The notes: generated from the sequence alone by a model not told the origin. A stretch of 64,000 nt of DNA from Longimicrobiales bacterium (GCA_965203485.1 OZ241892.1:2112001-2176000), one strand, 5' to 3'; positions 1 to 12,886 are shown, counted from the first letter of the stretch. A program made the numbers and translations.

Positions 1-1138
1 GGGTTCGCCGGCCCCGAATCCTGCCCGCGAAGGCAACTTTGCTCGACGTGGGCGACCAATCGGGATCGGCGAAGTAGCCTCCCTGTCCGTATCGGTAGGG
101 CGACAGCAGGCGGGCGTCCCCGCCGCTCGCCGGCATCACGTATATCTGGGGCGTGGCGACGCCCAAGCGGTTCGACGTGAAGGCGATCTCGTCGCCGCTC
201 GGCGAATAGGTCGGCTGGTAGTTGCGGTGCCGGCCGGCGCCGAGGCTGGCCAAGCAGCAGTCGTCGCGGACGGCGTACTCGAAGAGGCCGTCGCCGACCG
301 CTCCGAGCAACGCGAACGCCAGCCTGTCTCCGTCCGGATGGTACGCGGGGGTGATCTGCTGGCCCGGCCGGCCAGGTTCGAGCCGGCGCTCGGCGCCGTC
401 GGCCAGGGCCCGTTCGTAGATGCGGGGCTCGCCGGACTTCCACGACGTGTAGCTGATGCGGTCGCCGGCGGGCGACCAGACGGGCGAAGCCGTGTTGCTT
501 TCGTCGCGCGTGAGCCGACGCAGGTCTTCGCCGTCGGCGTCGACGACGTATATCTCCGTGGCCACGGCGTCCGGGTCGGGGCGCATGGAGAAGGCGATGC
601 GCGTGGCGGCAGCCCCAGGATCTCCCGTCGCCCACAGCACCACGGCGTCCGCGGCTTGGTGGACCGCCATGCGGAAGTCTTCGTGCCTAGGCGGCGGGAT
701 CGGGAAGCGGCCCTGCTCCAGCACCCGCGCGTAGACGACGTCGTGCAGTTCGACCAGCAACTCGGTGCCCGGGCCCCGGCGCTCGACGACGCCGGTGACC
801 ACCAGATCGACGCCGAAGCCGTCCCAAAGACCGTAGTCGACCCCGCCGCCCGCCAAGCCGGCGGGCAAGGAGTCCACGACGCGAAACCGGTCGCTGTAGC
901 GCAGGTCGCGGCCCATGATCAACTCGGCTTCCACCGCGACGGCGTGCGCCGCCCCCTCGCCGTAGAACGGCATCAAGGCCAGCGGGCGCAGATAGTCGGC
1001 TTCGTACACGAGGCCCAGCGACACGCCCGGAATGACGTTGTCCTCCTGCGCGCCCGCCCGTTGCGCGGCGCCACCCGCCGCAAGGAGGAGCACGGCCCCC
1101 GCGACCCCCCCGCGCGCGCCGCCCCAGGCGCCGTTCAT
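1..1138 (-). CDS. tolB: TolB-like periplasmic beta-propeller protein (3' end runs off the window)
   Basis: Absent from the ORF track; translated by hand from ATG 1138 (ATGA overlap with the upstream gene): signal-like MNGAWGG..AVLLLAAG..AGAQ, then RDLRYSDRF, and PD40-like repeats (SPVWSPAGDRISY, QPTYSPSGDEIAFTSNR). Follows tolQ/tolR/tolA-like genes. Confidence 0.85.
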   Translation of the reverse strand, partial: MNGAWGGARGGVAGAVLLLAAGGAAQRAGAQEDNVIPGVSLGLVYEADYLRPLALMPFYGEGAAHAVAVEAELIMGRDLRYSDRFRVVDSLPAGLAGGGVDYGLWDGFGVDLVVTGVVERRGPGTELLVELHDVVYARVLEQGRFPIPPPRHEDFRMAVHQAADAVVLWATGDPGAAATRIAFSMRPDPDAVATEIYVVDADGEDLRRLTRDESNTASPVWSPAGDRISYTSWKSGEPRIYERALADGAERRLEPGRPGQQITPAYHPDGDRLAFALLGAVGDGLFEYAVRDDCCLASLGAGRHRNYQPTYSPSGDEIAFTSNRLGVATPQIYVMPASGGDARLLSPYRYGQGGYFADPDWSPTSSKVAFAGRIRGRRT

Positions 1139-1926
1139 CCTCCGCCTCTCCGGCCCGGCGGAGAAAGCTCTATCTCGACGGGGACCGTGTCCCAGGGAAA
1201 ATCGTCCGGAAGCGGACCCAGGCGTCCCGCCTTGCCGATGCACTCGGCGGCGCCCATCGCGTCCAAGTCGAAGGCGAAGCTGCCCGACGACTCGGCGATC
1301 CCGATGCCGGACGTGCTGCCGTCGCGACGAACGACGAACCGGACCTTGGCGGCGCGGTCCTGCTGAGTAGGCCGAAAGCATCGCTTCATCTGCCGTATGA
1401 GGTTGTCCCAGTACTCCGGATGGTCCCGCTGCATGCCTTCTTGGCGGACGTTGATGTTCTCGCCGCCCTCTTCGGCGTCCGGCTCCTCCGAAGCGTCCGC
1501 GGGCGCAGGCTCGGGCTCGGGGGGCGGCGTCTCCGCGGAGTCGGGAGGGGGCGCGGTCTCGGACGGTTCGAGCGGCGGAGGCTCCGGCTCCGCGGGCTCC
1601 GGCTCCGGTTGCGGTTCCGGCTCGGGCAACGCCTCCTCGGCCACCGCTTCGGCAGGCTGCTCCGGCGGCGCGGCGCTGGGCGTCTCCACGACCAGCTCGT
1701 CCTCGGGCGGCGGGGGCGGCGCGCGCTCCTCGACGGGGGCGGACGCCGGGGGCGGCGAAACGACGCGGATCCGGATCACCTCGTACAGCACCGGCTTCTC
1801 CCGGGCCAGCGGACCCCAGAACACCAGCGCGAGAACGGCGGCGTGGCAACCGACGGACACGCCGAACGCCCCGGATCCCAACGGTCTCATGCCCGCACGC
1901 ACCGGCGGCCGGCGGTCGCCGCTCAC
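1135..1926 (-). CDS. TolA/TonB-family energy transducer
   Basis: N-terminal TM helix with S..H motif (SVGCHAAVL), long Pro/Glu-rich linker, TonB_C-like end (VRFVVRRDG..SSGSFAFDLDA). Start may be the ATG near 1890. Confidence 0.85.
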   Translation of the reverse strand: MSGDRRPPVRAGMRPLGSGAFGVSVGCHAAVLALVFWGPLAREKPVLYEVIRIRVVSPPPASAPVEERAPPPPPEDELVVETPSAAPPEQPAEAVAEEALPEPEPQPEPEPAEPEPPPLEPSETAPPPDSAETPPPEPEPAPADASEEPDAEEGGENINVRQEGMQRDHPEYWDNLIRQMKRCFRPTQQDRAAKVRFVVRRDGSTSGIGIAESSGSFAFDLDAMGAAECIGKAGRLGPLPDDFPWDTVPVEIELSPPGRRGGG

Positions 1927-2336
1927 CTGGAAAGCTCTCGCGCGATGAGGGACAAGACTGCTCCTTCCTGTCTCACGACGGTGGAGATCACGTCGAACAC
2001 GCTGCCGTACAGCGCCGCCGTGTCGCCCTTGACGAACACGGCCTTGGTGTCGCTCTCGCGCAACAGGCGGGCCAGGAATCCTGCCACGTCCTCGCTGGGC
2101 ACGTGCGTGGCGCCGAAGAACACGGAATCCGTCGCCGTGACGCTGACGATGATCTGATCGTCGGTGGCTTCGATGACGCCCACTTCGCCCTCGGGCAGGT
2201 TGACCTCGACGCCGCCCTGCAGCACGGGCGCGGTGATGATGAAGATCACCAGCAGCGTGAACGCGACGTCGACGAGGCTGGTCACGTTGATCTCCGCCCT
2301 CACGGGAAGGCGGCCGGCGCGCTCGCGCCCAGTCAT
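1923..2336 (-). CDS. tolR: TolR/ExbD biopolymer transport protein
   Basis: EINVTSLVDVAFTLLVIFIITAP signature; VKGD motif. Confidence 0.9.
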   Translation of the reverse strand: MTGRERAGRLPVRAEINVTSLVDVAFTLLVIFIITAPVLQGGVEVNLPEGEVGVIEATDDQIIVSVTATDSVFFGATHVPSEDVAGFLARLLRESDTKAVFVKGDTAALYGSVFDVISTVVRQEGAVLSLIARELSR

Positions 2337-2406
2337 GCCCGCCGTCCCGTCGCCAGCGGCCGCGCCTGCCGCGGCGCAGCTCGATGAACGCCGACCCGGC
2401 TCCGAG

Positions 2407-3126
2407 TCATATTCGCCGCTCCTTCGCCAGCGCCCCGATGAACTCGCTCGCGAACCCCTCCAGTTCTCCGTGCACCAAGTTGAGCCGCGACACGAAGTGG
2501 TTGTACGCCATCACCGCGGGGATCGCCACGGCCAAGCCCGCGACGGTCGTGATCAGCGCTTCCGCAATGCCCGGCGCCACTGCGGAGATGTTGGTGGAAC
2601 CGACTCGCGTGATGCCGAGGAACGTGTTCATGATGCCGATGACGGTCCCCATGAGACCCAGCAACGGCGACACCGATCCGATCACCGCCAGCCACGTGAG
2701 CCCGTGGGCCAAGTCGTCCGCCTCTTCCGCGCGGACCTTGTCCATGACCATGCGCAGCGCCTCGAGCTGGGTAAGCGACAGGCCGGGGACGCCGTCGCGC
2801 TGAGCGGGCTCGCCGAATCCGCCCGGACGAAGCTCCTCCACGAAGCTGCTCCCCTCCCTGAAGACCCGCGCGTACGGCGAGTCGGGAAGCGCGCGCACGA
2901 TCACCTGAGCTTCGCTTAGGCTCATTCCGTCTTCGAGGCGGTCCAGAAACTCGTCGCCGTCCCTGCGCACGCCGCGAAAGTGCCTGAGCTTCGCCAGGAT
3001 CACCCAGAGGGCGATGACCGAAAAGAGGAACAGAACGCCCAGAACGACGTGCGTGGGCCAGCTGGCCGCCAGCACCATGTCGACCGGCCCCAAGGGCACG
3101 CGCATCTGGAAGTAGGCCGAACTCAT
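2407..3126 (-). CDS. tolQ: TolQ/ExbB/MotA proton channel protein
   Basis: SPLLGLMGTV and VAPGIAEALITTVAGLAVAIPA motifs. Confidence 0.9.
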   Translation of the reverse strand: MSSAYFQMRVPLGPVDMVLAASWPTHVVLGVLFLFSVIALWVILAKLRHFRGVRRDGDEFLDRLEDGMSLSEAQVIVRALPDSPYARVFREGSSFVEELRPGGFGEPAQRDGVPGLSLTQLEALRMVMDKVRAEEADDLAHGLTWLAVIGSVSPLLGLMGTVIGIMNTFLGITRVGSTNISAVAPGIAEALITTVAGLAVAIPAVMAYNHFVSRLNLVHGELEGFASEFIGALAKERRI

Positions 3127-3193
3127 GCGGAGCGAGCACGCACGCGGTCGGTTGGCGGAACGGGGCTTCCGCCCGACGTCTCGCAGCAGGGGT

Positions 3194-4186
3194 TCACGTG
3201 GGCCGAGCGGGGGCGAGCGTTGCGGCCACGTAGTCGAGGGCTTCGCCGAGGCCGTCGGCCAGGCGCGTCCGCGGCGACCAGCCGGCGACGGCCTGGAGCT
3301 TCGTCGGCGAGAGAGCGCTGTGACGAACTTCGCCGGCGCGCGCGTCCACGTGCCGGCGACCGGGATCCGTCCCGGACGCTTCGGCCAGGAGGTCGGCGAT
3401 CTCGTTGACGGAGGTCTGGGTCCCGCTGCTGACGTTGAAGGCCCGCCCGTCCACGCTTCCGTCGGCCGGGAGCGCCAGGTCGGCGAGAACCATGTTGGCC
3501 TCCACGACGTCGCCGACGAAGACGAAGTCCCGCGCCTGGCGGCCGTCGCCCATGATCGTCAGCGGATCGCCTCGCACGAGTCGGCCGCAGAAGGCCGAGA
3601 TCACTCCCGTGGTGCGGTGAGGGCTCTGGCGCGGCCCGTAGACGTTGCTGTATCGCAGCGTCACCGACTCGATGCCGCGCGTCTCCCGGTAGAACGCCAA
3701 GTAGCGCTCGCACGCCAGCTTGGCGATGGCGTAGGGCGAGACGGGCTCCTTGGGGGCTTCTTCGCCAAGAGGAGGCGTTCCGTGCCCGGCGTCCGCGTAG
3801 ACGGCCGCGCTGGACGGGAAAAGGACCCTGCTCGCACCCGGCCGGCAGGCGCTCTCCAGGACGTTGATCAGTCCCAGGACGTTGATCCGCGCGTCCGTCG
3901 CCGGGTCGTCCACGGACGCCCCGACGTCGATCTGCGCCGCATGATGGCTCACCAAGTCGAAGTGCGCGTTGCCGACGACGTCGCCGAATTGCGGGTCCGC
4001 GACATCGACCTCGTGGAAGACGGCCTCGGGCGGCACGTTCTCGCGGCTCCCGTGCGAGAGGTCGTCCACGACCCACACTTGGTCGCCTCGGGCGACGTGC
4101 GCTTCCGCGACTTGGCTCCCGATGAAGCCGGCGCCGCCGGTCACGAGCACCCGCCGGGCCTTGGAGACGATTCGTTCGGAGACCAT
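3194..4186 (-). CDS. NAD-dependent epimerase/dehydratase (UDP-glucose 4-epimerase-like)
   Basis: VTGGAGFIGS Rossmann motif, YxxxK (YAIAK), RYSNVYGPRQ; start taken at MVSERI. Confidence 0.9.
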   Translation of the reverse strand: MVSERIVSKARRVLVTGGAGFIGSQVAEAHVARGDQVWVVDDLSHGSRENVPPEAVFHEVDVADPQFGDVVGNAHFDLVSHHAAQIDVGASVDDPATDARINVLGLINVLESACRPGASRVLFPSSAAVYADAGHGTPPLGEEAPKEPVSPYAIAKLACERYLAFYRETRGIESVTLRYSNVYGPRQSPHRTTGVISAFCGRLVRGDPLTIMGDGRQARDFVFVGDVVEANMVLADLALPADGSVDGRAFNVSSGTQTSVNEIADLLAEASGTDPGRRHVDARAGEVRHSALSPTKLQAVAGWSPRTRLADGLGEALDYVAATLAPARPT

Positions 4187-4290
4187 CGTTTCGCGCAGCG
4201 GCCAAGCCTCGGCATCTCGGTCGTGTCGCAGCTGGGGCGCGTGCAAGGGCCCCGCCCCGGGCAAGTCAAAATGTAGTGGAGAGCGGGGAC

Positions 4291-5151
4291 TCAGCCGGGG
4301 CGCCATTCCCTCACGTAGTCGGGCTCCCAGTCCGCGATCGAGACGGGCGTCCAGTGGCAGCAGAGCAAGAGTGCGTCCGCCACCGGGAATCCCGCCGGAG
4401 GCGGCGCGACCGCATGGCCCGCGGCGCGCAACAGGCGCTCGTGCGCGACGGCGCCCGCGCCCGCGAACACGGTGCCCGACGGCGGGCGGCTGTTGACGAG
4501 GTCGACGATGGTCCCGCCGTGGGGAGCGACCGCCTCCGCCAACCCCGAATCGCCCGCATGGTAGCAGGCCCCGTAGACGCGGCCGCCGCGCGCGTCGAAG
4601 AGCACGTAGCGGATGTCGGGCCCCTGCCGACGACTGGTGTCGCGCGCCGGACCGCGCTTTCCGGCGCCGGTTCGTTCGCGCGGAAACTCCGACGGGCGCG
4701 GCGGGCGCGGCGAGGGCGGCGGGCGTGCGCATGGAAACTCCGGCGGCAAGTCGGGCTCCGGTCCGAGCGCTTCAGGAGCCGCCGCGGCCGCGGCCAAGCT
4801 CGAAGCGGCGTGGAGGGGCACGGACAGGGCGGCCGCCAGCGCCTTGGCGACCGCGGCGCCGGTCCGGACGCCGGTGAACGATCCCGGGCCGGCTCCCGCG
4901 ACAACGGCGTCCAGGTCGCCGAGCGCGGCCCCGGCCTCGTCCAGGACCTCGGAGACGGCGGGCACGAGCCGGGCGCCGTGCTCGCGTTGCCGCGGCAGGA
5001 ACCGGCGGGCCGCAACCACGCCTTCGATCGCGAGCGCGACGGAGCCCACGCGCCAGGAAGTCTCGATCGCCAGAACGCAGCTCGGTCGCCGGTCCGGTCC
5101 CGAGGCCGCCGACCGGCCGACGGCGGCGGCGCGATCCCGCGGCTCGGTCAC
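4291..5151 (-). CDS. tsaB: tRNA t6A biosynthesis protein TsaB
   Basis: LAIETS, GPGSFTGVRTG, DARGGRVY, terminal EPDYVR; GTG 5151 overlaps the tsaE stop. Confidence 0.9.
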   Translation of the reverse strand: MTEPRDRAAAVGRSAASGPDRRPSCVLAIETSWRVGSVALAIEGVVAARRFLPRQREHGARLVPAVSEVLDEAGAALGDLDAVVAGAGPGSFTGVRTGAAVAKALAAALSVPLHAASSLAAAAAAPEALGPEPDLPPEFPCARPPPSPRPPRPSEFPRERTGAGKRGPARDTSRRQGPDIRYVLFDARGGRVYGACYHAGDSGLAEAVAPHGGTIVDLVNSRPPSGTVFAGAGAVAHERLLRAAGHAVAPPPAGFPVADALLLCCHWTPVSIADWEPDYVREWRPG

Positions 5152-5612
5152 CTGCCCTCGGCCACGAGCCTCGGCAACGGGGCCGGCTCTCCGATCCGGC
5201 GAACTTCCAGCTCGCGCAGCTCCGGTTCGCCGGGCACCATGCGCAACGCGATCTCCCAACGGTCCGCCGGGCGCGCCGATCCGGCCCGTTCCGGCCACTC
5301 GACCAGGACCAAGGCCGGATCCGCCAACATGTCCTCCCAGCCGATCGCCGCCAGCTCGTCCTCCGAGCGGACGCGGTACAGATCCGCGTGCACCACGGCG
5401 CGGGCGGGCTGGTCCGGCAACTCGTAGCGAAACACCAGGTTGAAGGTGGGAGAAGGCATGAATTCCTCGACGCCCGCCCCGGCGGCGACAGCGCGCGCAA
5501 CGACCGACTTGCCCGCCCCCACCGGCCCCGCGAGGCCCAGGAACACGGGCGGCCGAGAGGCCGTTCCGATCCGCCTGCCCCATGCGGCCAGCTGCGCCTC
5601 CGTCAGCCGCAC
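5148..5612 (-). CDS. tsaE: tRNA t6A biosynthesis ATPase TsaE
   Basis: GPVGAGKS, SPTFNL, HADLYR, LVEWPER motifs. Confidence 0.93.
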   Translation of the reverse strand: MRLTEAQLAAWGRRIGTASRPPVFLGLAGPVGAGKSVVARAVAAGAGVEEFMPSPTFNLVFRYELPDQPARAVVHADLYRVRSEDELAAIGWEDMLADPALVLVEWPERAGSARPADRWEIALRMVPGEPELRELEVRRIGEPAPLPRLVAEGR

Positions 5613-5733
5613 CGCTGGTCCTCGCCGGCCGCGCCGCCGTTCCCGTCCGGCGAGACTCCCGGCGGCACGGGTCCCGCCGGCCGCACCGTCGCGCCTCGGC
5701 GGCCCGCCTCCCAGCGCCAGCTCCCGCGACGCC

Positions 5734-7716
<1,983 letters not shown>

Positions 7717-7731
7717 CTCGGGTACTCCTCG

Positions 7732-10062
7732 TCACGCCGCGTCGTCGTCCGCCGGCTTCCGCAGAGCCGCGGGGCCGCCGCCATCGCCGATCCCTGCGCC
7801 TGCCGCCGCGAGTCCGCCGCCGTCGGTGCCCGCTGCCCCGGGGCCGCCATCGCCGTCGGGCGTCCCGCCCGGCAGGTCCGCGTGCCGGAAGCTCTCCCGG
7901 CGCTCGACCGACACCACGCCCTTCACCCGCTTCACCGCTTCCATCACCTTGCGCAAGTGGCTGAGATTCTGCACTTCCACGACGAACGCGGCCTTCATGC
8001 CCCCGTCGGTGGCGCGCATGTCCGCGTGCTGGATGTCGGTGGCGGTTTCGGTGATCGTCTTGGCAACGTCGCTCAGCAACCCGCGCCGGTCCGTTCCCTC
8101 CATGTGAAGGTGGACGAAGAAGCGGTCGTCGCGCTCCGCCTTCCATTCGATCTCGATCCGCCTGCCGGGATCCCTGTCCAAGGCGTGCGCGTTCGGGCAA
8201 TCGTTGCGGTGAATCGAGATGCCTCTTCCGCGCGTGACGTAGCCGATCACGTCGTCGCCGGGCACCGGCTGGCAACACTGCGAATAGCGGACCATCAAGT
8301 CGCCCATCCCCTGAATCGTCACGCTGTCGTTCGACTTGCGGATCTTCTCGGCGATGCGCTCCAAGGCGGACGGCGACCGCTTGACGACGACCGCGGGATC
8401 CTCGCCGGGGAAGAAGGCCCGGATGACGGCCGAAGGCCCGATGCTTCCCCGCGCCAGCGCGGCTAGGGTCTCGTCGAAGTCGGAGAATCCCAGGTCCTTC
8501 GCGACGCGCGCCCGCTCGCCTTCGCCGGGCTTGGGCCGGCGGGCGCGCCGAAGCTCCCGCTGAAACAGCTCGCGTCCCAAGCGCAGCGCCTGGTCGAATT
8601 CCTCCCGCCGGATCCACTGGCGAATCCGCTGGCGCGCGCGCGCGGTCTTGACGATCGCCATCCAGTCCCGCGTCGGCTTCTGCCGCGGACTGGTGATGAT
8701 CTCCACCGAGTCTCCGTTCTTCAGTTCACGCGACAGCGGCGCGATCCGCCCGTTGACCTTGGCGCCGGCGCAGTGCAATCCGACTTCGGTGTGCACCGAG
8801 AACGCGAAGTCCAGCGGCGACGCCCCCACGGGCAGCTGCTTCACCTCTCCCTTCGGCGTGAACACGAATATCTCGCCGTGGAACAGGTCCATGTGAAGGA
8901 ACTCCATGAACTCCTCGGGCTCGCTGGCGTCCTTCTGCCACTCCAGGACTTGGCGCAGCCACGTGAGCGCCTCGTCCACACCGGTGCCTTTGCCGTCCTC
9001 CTTGTAGAGCCAGTGGGCCGCGATGCCGTGCTCGGCGGTGCGATGCATTTCGCTCGTGCGAATCTGGATTTCGTAGCGGCGCCCGCCCGGCCCGTACACG
9101 GTCGTGTGGATGGACTGGTACATGTTGGACTTGGGCGTGGCCACATAGTCGTGGAAGCGGTCCTGCACCGGCGTCCAGCGGCCGTGGATGACGCCCAGAG
9201 CCGCATAGCACATGCGGATCGACTTGGTGATCACGCGCAACGCCATGAGGTCGTATATCTCGTCGTAGCTTCGGTCCTGCGTGACCATCTTGCGGTGAAT
9301 CGACCACAGGTGCTTGGGCCGTCCCGTCACTTCGGCGGCGACGCCGGCCTCCTCCAGCGCCTCTTCGAGCGGCCGCTGCATCTCGAGGATGTTGCGCTCG
9401 CGCGCGCGCCGCCGTTGCCGCACCAGCTTTCGCAGGTCGCCGTACGCCCTTGCGTCCAGGTGCTTGAAGGCCAAGTCCTCGAGCTCCCACTTGATCGACG
9501 CGATCCCCAGCCTGTGCGCCAGGGGCGCGTATATCTCGCGCGTCTCGCGAGCCACCGCCTCCTGCTTTCCCGGCGGCATGTGGTCGAGCGTGCGCATGTT
9601 GTGCAGCCTGTCGGCCAGCTTGACCAGGATGACGCGAACGTCGCGAGCCATGGAGAGGAGAAGCTTGCGGTAGTTCTCGACCTGCTGCTCGGTGTGCGAG
9701 CGGAACCGAACTCGCCCGATCTTGGTGACGCCGTCGACGATGGCGCCGACTTCCTCGCCGAAGAGCTCGCGAATGCCCTGAAGCGACACCGTCGTGTCTT
9801 CGACGACGTCGTGGACGAGCGCCGAGACCACGGACGCCGTGTCCAGGCGCAGTCCGGCAACGATCGCGGCCACCTCCACGGCATGGCTGACGAAGGGCTC
9901 GCCGGACGCCCGCCGCTGCTCCGAATGGGCCTCCGCGGCGAGTTCGTACGCGGCCAGCACCTCGTCCACGTCGAAGCGGCCCTCCGAGTCCGCCACCGCC
10001 CGGGCGAGCGGCTGCGGGAGCTTGCGGATCGTCCTCGCGCGTTCGGTCGTCGTCGTCGCCAT
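7732..10062 (-). CDS. relA: Long RSH (p)ppGpp synthetase/hydrolase
   Basis: Intact HD hydrolase motif (HDVVED), KLADRLHNMRTL, YQSIHT, EIQIRT, TGS (FVFTPKG), CCQPVPGD and ACT domain. Confidence 0.96.
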   Translation of the reverse strand: MATTTTERARTIRKLPQPLARAVADSEGRFDVDEVLAAYELAAEAHSEQRRASGEPFVSHAVEVAAIVAGLRLDTASVVSALVHDVVEDTTVSLQGIRELFGEEVGAIVDGVTKIGRVRFRSHTEQQVENYRKLLLSMARDVRVILVKLADRLHNMRTLDHMPPGKQEAVARETREIYAPLAHRLGIASIKWELEDLAFKHLDARAYGDLRKLVRQRRRARERNILEMQRPLEEALEEAGVAAEVTGRPKHLWSIHRKMVTQDRSYDEIYDLMALRVITKSIRMCYAALGVIHGRWTPVQDRFHDYVATPKSNMYQSIHTTVYGPGGRRYEIQIRTSEMHRTAEHGIAAHWLYKEDGKGTGVDEALTWLRQVLEWQKDASEPEEFMEFLHMDLFHGEIFVFTPKGEVKQLPVGASPLDFAFSVHTEVGLHCAGAKVNGRIAPLSRELKNGDSVEIITSPRQKPTRDWMAIVKTARARQRIRQWIRREEFDQALRLGRELFQRELRRARRPKPGEGERARVAKDLGFSDFDETLAALARGSIGPSAVIRAFFPGEDPAVVVKRSPSALERIAEKIRKSNDSVTIQGMGDLMVRYSQCCQPVPGDDVIGYVTRGRGISIHRNDCPNAHALDRDPGRRIEIEWKAERDDRFFVHLHMEGTDRRGLLSDVAKTITETATDIQHADMRATDGGMKAAFVVEVQNLSHLRKVMEAVKRVKGVVSVERRESFRHADLPGGTPDGDGGPGAAGTDGGGLAAAGAGIGDGGGPAALRKPADDDAA

Positions 10063-10176
10063 CGCTGTCCCCGGCCTCCGTCAACCCTCGTTCAACGGTA
10101 AGCGCTCGGCGGGCGAGAGGCATCCCGCGAGGGCGCGGCCTCCAGCGCGGCCAAGGCGCTCGGCACCCGCGTCCAA

Positions 10177-11328
10177 CTAGGCCAGCGCTTCGTGGAGCGC
10201 CGCCGCGATCTCGTCGATCTGCTCCTCCGCGACCACCAGCGGAGGCAGCAGGCGAACGACCGTGGCGCCGGCCGAGAGCGCCAGCACGCCCCGTTCCGCC
10301 AGCGCGGCCACGCACGGACCCGCGCGCTCCTTGAGTTCGACGCCGATCATCAGCCCGATCTGGCGCACCTCGCGCACGCGCCTGGACGGCCGGCGGCCGA
10401 AGCGGTCGAGGAACCGGGCGCCCATCGCCTCGGCGCGTTCGGCCAAGCGCTCCCGCTCCATGCAGGAGATGGCGGCCAGGGCGGCCGCGCAGGCCAGCGG
10501 ATTGCCTCCGAAGGTCGTGCCGTGCTTGCCCGGAGCGCACCGCACGCCTTCTCGGCAGAGCAGCGCGCCCATGGGCACTCCGCCCGCGATCCCCTTGGCC
10601 AGGCAAAGCATGTCCGGGACGACGCCCCAGCGCTCGCACGCGAACATCCTTCCCGTGCGGCAGAAGCCCGTCTGCACCTCGTCGAACGCCAGCAGCGCGC
10701 CGACCTCGTCGCAGGCCGCGCGGGCCGCGCGCAGGAACTCGGGGTGCGCGGGCCGCACGCCGCCCTCGCCCTGCACCGGCTCCAGCACGACGGCCGCCAC
10801 CTCGCCGGTCACGGCCGCCCGCAACGCCTCGGCGTCGTTGAACGGCACGAACGAGAAGCCCGGAACGAGCGGGCCGAACCCGTCGCGGTACGCCTTCCTG
10901 TGGGTCGCGCTCAAGGCCCCCATGGTGCGGCCGTGGAAGCCGCGCATGGCCGCGACGACCCGCGCGCGTCCGGTGTGCAGGCGGGCCAGCTTGAGGGCGG
11001 CTTCCACGGCCTCGGCGCCCGAGTTGCAGAGGAAGGCGCGGGCCAGCCCCCGCGGCGCGATCTCGACCAGCTTGCGCAGCAATGCGGCCCTGCGGTCGTT
11101 GCAGAAGATGCCCGCGCAGGCCACCAGCGCGCGCGCCTGGGCGGCCACCGCCTCGGCCACCGCCTCGTTGGCGTGCCCCACGCTGGCCACGCCGACGCCG
11201 GCGACGCAGTCCAAGTACCGGTTTCCCTCTTCGTCCCAGACTTCGGCCCCGGAGCCCCGGACGAGCGCAAGCCCGCGCTTCGCGAAGACATCGAGCCCAA
11301 AGGCCCGCTCCGTCGCGACGGCGTTCAC
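10177..11328 (-). CDS. lysJ: LysW-semialdehyde aminotransferase (LysJ/ArgD, class III PLP)
   Basis: [40 protein letters not shown]; last gene of the lysW operon. Start uncertain (11328 or 11409). Confidence 0.85.
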   Translation of the reverse strand: MNAVATERAFGLDVFAKRGLALVRGSGAEVWDEEGNRYLDCVAGVGVASVGHANEAVAEAVAAQARALVACAGIFCNDRRAALLRKLVEIAPRGLARAFLCNSGAEAVEAALKLARLHTGRARVVAAMRGFHGRTMGALSATHRKAYRDGFGPLVPGFSFVPFNDAEALRAAVTGEVAAVVLEPVQGEGGVRPAHPEFLRAARAACDEVGALLAFDEVQTGFCRTGRMFACERWGVVPDMLCLAKGIAGGVPMGALLCREGVRCAPGKHGTTFGGNPLACAAALAAISCMERERLAERAEAMGARFLDRFGRRPSRRVREVRQIGLMIGVELKERAGPCVAALAERGVLALSAGATVVRLLPPLVVAEEQIDEIAAALHEALA

Positions 11329-11425
11329 GGGCCGCCGCAGGGAGCCGGGGGGCTCGCGAAGCCGCCGCGCCCCCGCGCTGCGCCCGTCTGACCGCAGGCG
11401 GCCCGGCACCTGCGAATCTCGGCGC

Positions 11426-12238
11426 TCACGAGATCACCGTGCCCCCGCCGGCAAGCACGTCCCGAACCGGGCGCGCGGCCCGGCCGTCGCCCAGGACGAT
11501 GCGCGCCCCGGTCGATTCCGCCAAGACGCGCAACGCGCGCATCTTGCGCTTCATCCGCCCCTTGGCCTGCTCCTCCCGGCCCGCCAGCTCGGCGCGCGTC
11601 ATTCGCTGGACCACGGACGCCGGATCGCTCGGGTCGTCCAGGAAGCCCGGCGCCTCGATCAGCTGGACCACGCAGTCCACCTCGAGCGCCTTGCCCAGCA
11701 GCGCGACGACATCGTCGTTCTCGGAGTTGACCGCGTAGCCATTCTCGTCGGCGATCGGAACCGTCAGCACCGGCGCGAACCCGCCTTCCAGCAACAGATC
11801 CAACAAGCGTCTGTTGATCGCCGCGGGCTTGCCGGAGAGGTCGCGCTTGATCAGCGTCTTGCCGCCTTCGCGCACGCGGATTCCCTTGTTGCGCCTCCCC
11901 CGCACGACGGCGCCGTCCAGGCCCGTGAGCCCCACGGCGGCGACGCCCCTCACCTGCAGGAGCTCGACCAGCCGCTTGTTGCGAAGACCCGCGTACGTCA
12001 TCAGCATGAGGTCGATCGTCTCGGCGTCCGTGTATACGCTCTCGTAGCCGGAGACCGACGTCAGCGCTTGCTTCTCGATGCCCAGGCGCCGTCCCAGCGA
12101 GTCGCGCAACGCGTTGGCGCCGTGCACGACGACGAAGCGTTCCTGCAGCTCGGACAGGTCCGACGCGATCCCCTCGAGGTTGATCGACTCGCCCCCGCCG
12201 ACCTTCACTAGAATCACCGGCGGGCCCGTGCCGGTCAC
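11426..12238 (-). CDS. lysZ: [LysW]-aminoadipate/glutamate kinase
   Basis: [37 protein letters not shown] 12238 overlaps the upstream stop. Confidence 0.9.
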   Translation of the reverse strand: MTGTGPPVILVKVGGGESINLEGIASDLSELQERFVVVHGANALRDSLGRRLGIEKQALTSVSGYESVYTDAETIDLMLMTYAGLRNKRLVELLQVRGVAAVGLTGLDGAVVRGRRNKGIRVREGGKTLIKRDLSGKPAAINRRLLDLLLEGGFAPVLTVPIADENGYAVNSENDDVVALLGKALEVDCVVQLIEAPGFLDDPSDPASVVQRMTRAELAGREEQAKGRMKRKMRALRVLAESTGARIVLGDGRAARPVRDVLAGGGTVIS

Positions 12239-12876
12239 AGCGCGATCACGGCGCCGTCGGGAACCCGCGTCCATTCCTCGGCGCTCCCCGGATAGCGTTG
12301 CGAGCAGATCACTTGCGCGGCTCCGAGTCGGGCGCGCCTCATTTGGAAGTAGTCCGGCGACTCGCTGAACCGGCTGGCCGCGTAGACACCGCCGGACGCG
12401 TCGGCGACGATCATGTTCATGGCGCGGACGTGCCGGGTGCGCCTCTCGATGGCCGCGACGCCGCGCCGAAGAGCCGCCGAGAAGTCGTCCCGCCCGAAGC
12501 GCTTGACGAAGTTGAACACCTTCTCGGCGCCGATCCGTCCGCGCTCCCGGATGCGCACGCCGCGCAATTCGCCGTTGAAGACGAACACGCGCTCGCCGTC
12601 GAAGAAGGGCATGTTGTTCTCCAGCCGGATCCCTTCGTTGCGAAACGCGCTGCGGGCGTGGGCGACGAGCAGGGTCGCGCGCCCGGGGGGACGGTACGGG
12701 TCCTCCCACACGGGCGCGAGGCAACGGTAGACGCACCAGCGGCCCTCGTTCAGCCAAGCGCAGCCCCAACCGTGGCCTTGATACTCGCGGCTCTCCTTGG
12801 CGATGCGGGCGAAGGCGGCGAGATGCCCCTCCATGTCGAAGCCCTCCGCTTCGCGAACGCACAGCATGCGGCACAT
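12235..12876 (-). CDS. Ntn-hydrolase, class II glutamine amidotransferase-like (EgtC/Dug3/YafJ-type)
   Basis: Met-Cys2 start (MCRML), HGWG, AHARSA, NNMPF, FVFNG motifs. Confidence 0.8.
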   Translation of the reverse strand: MCRMLCVREAEGFDMEGHLAAFARIAKESREYQGHGWGCAWLNEGRWCVYRCLAPVWEDPYRPPGRATLLVAHARSAFRNEGIRLENNMPFFDGERVFVFNGELRGVRIRERGRIGAEKVFNFVKRFGRDDFSAALRRGVAAIERRTRHVRAMNMIVADASGGVYAASRFSESPDYFQMRRARLGAAQVICSQRYPGSAEEWTRVPDGAVIAL

Positions 12877-12886
12877 GCCCGGGACG

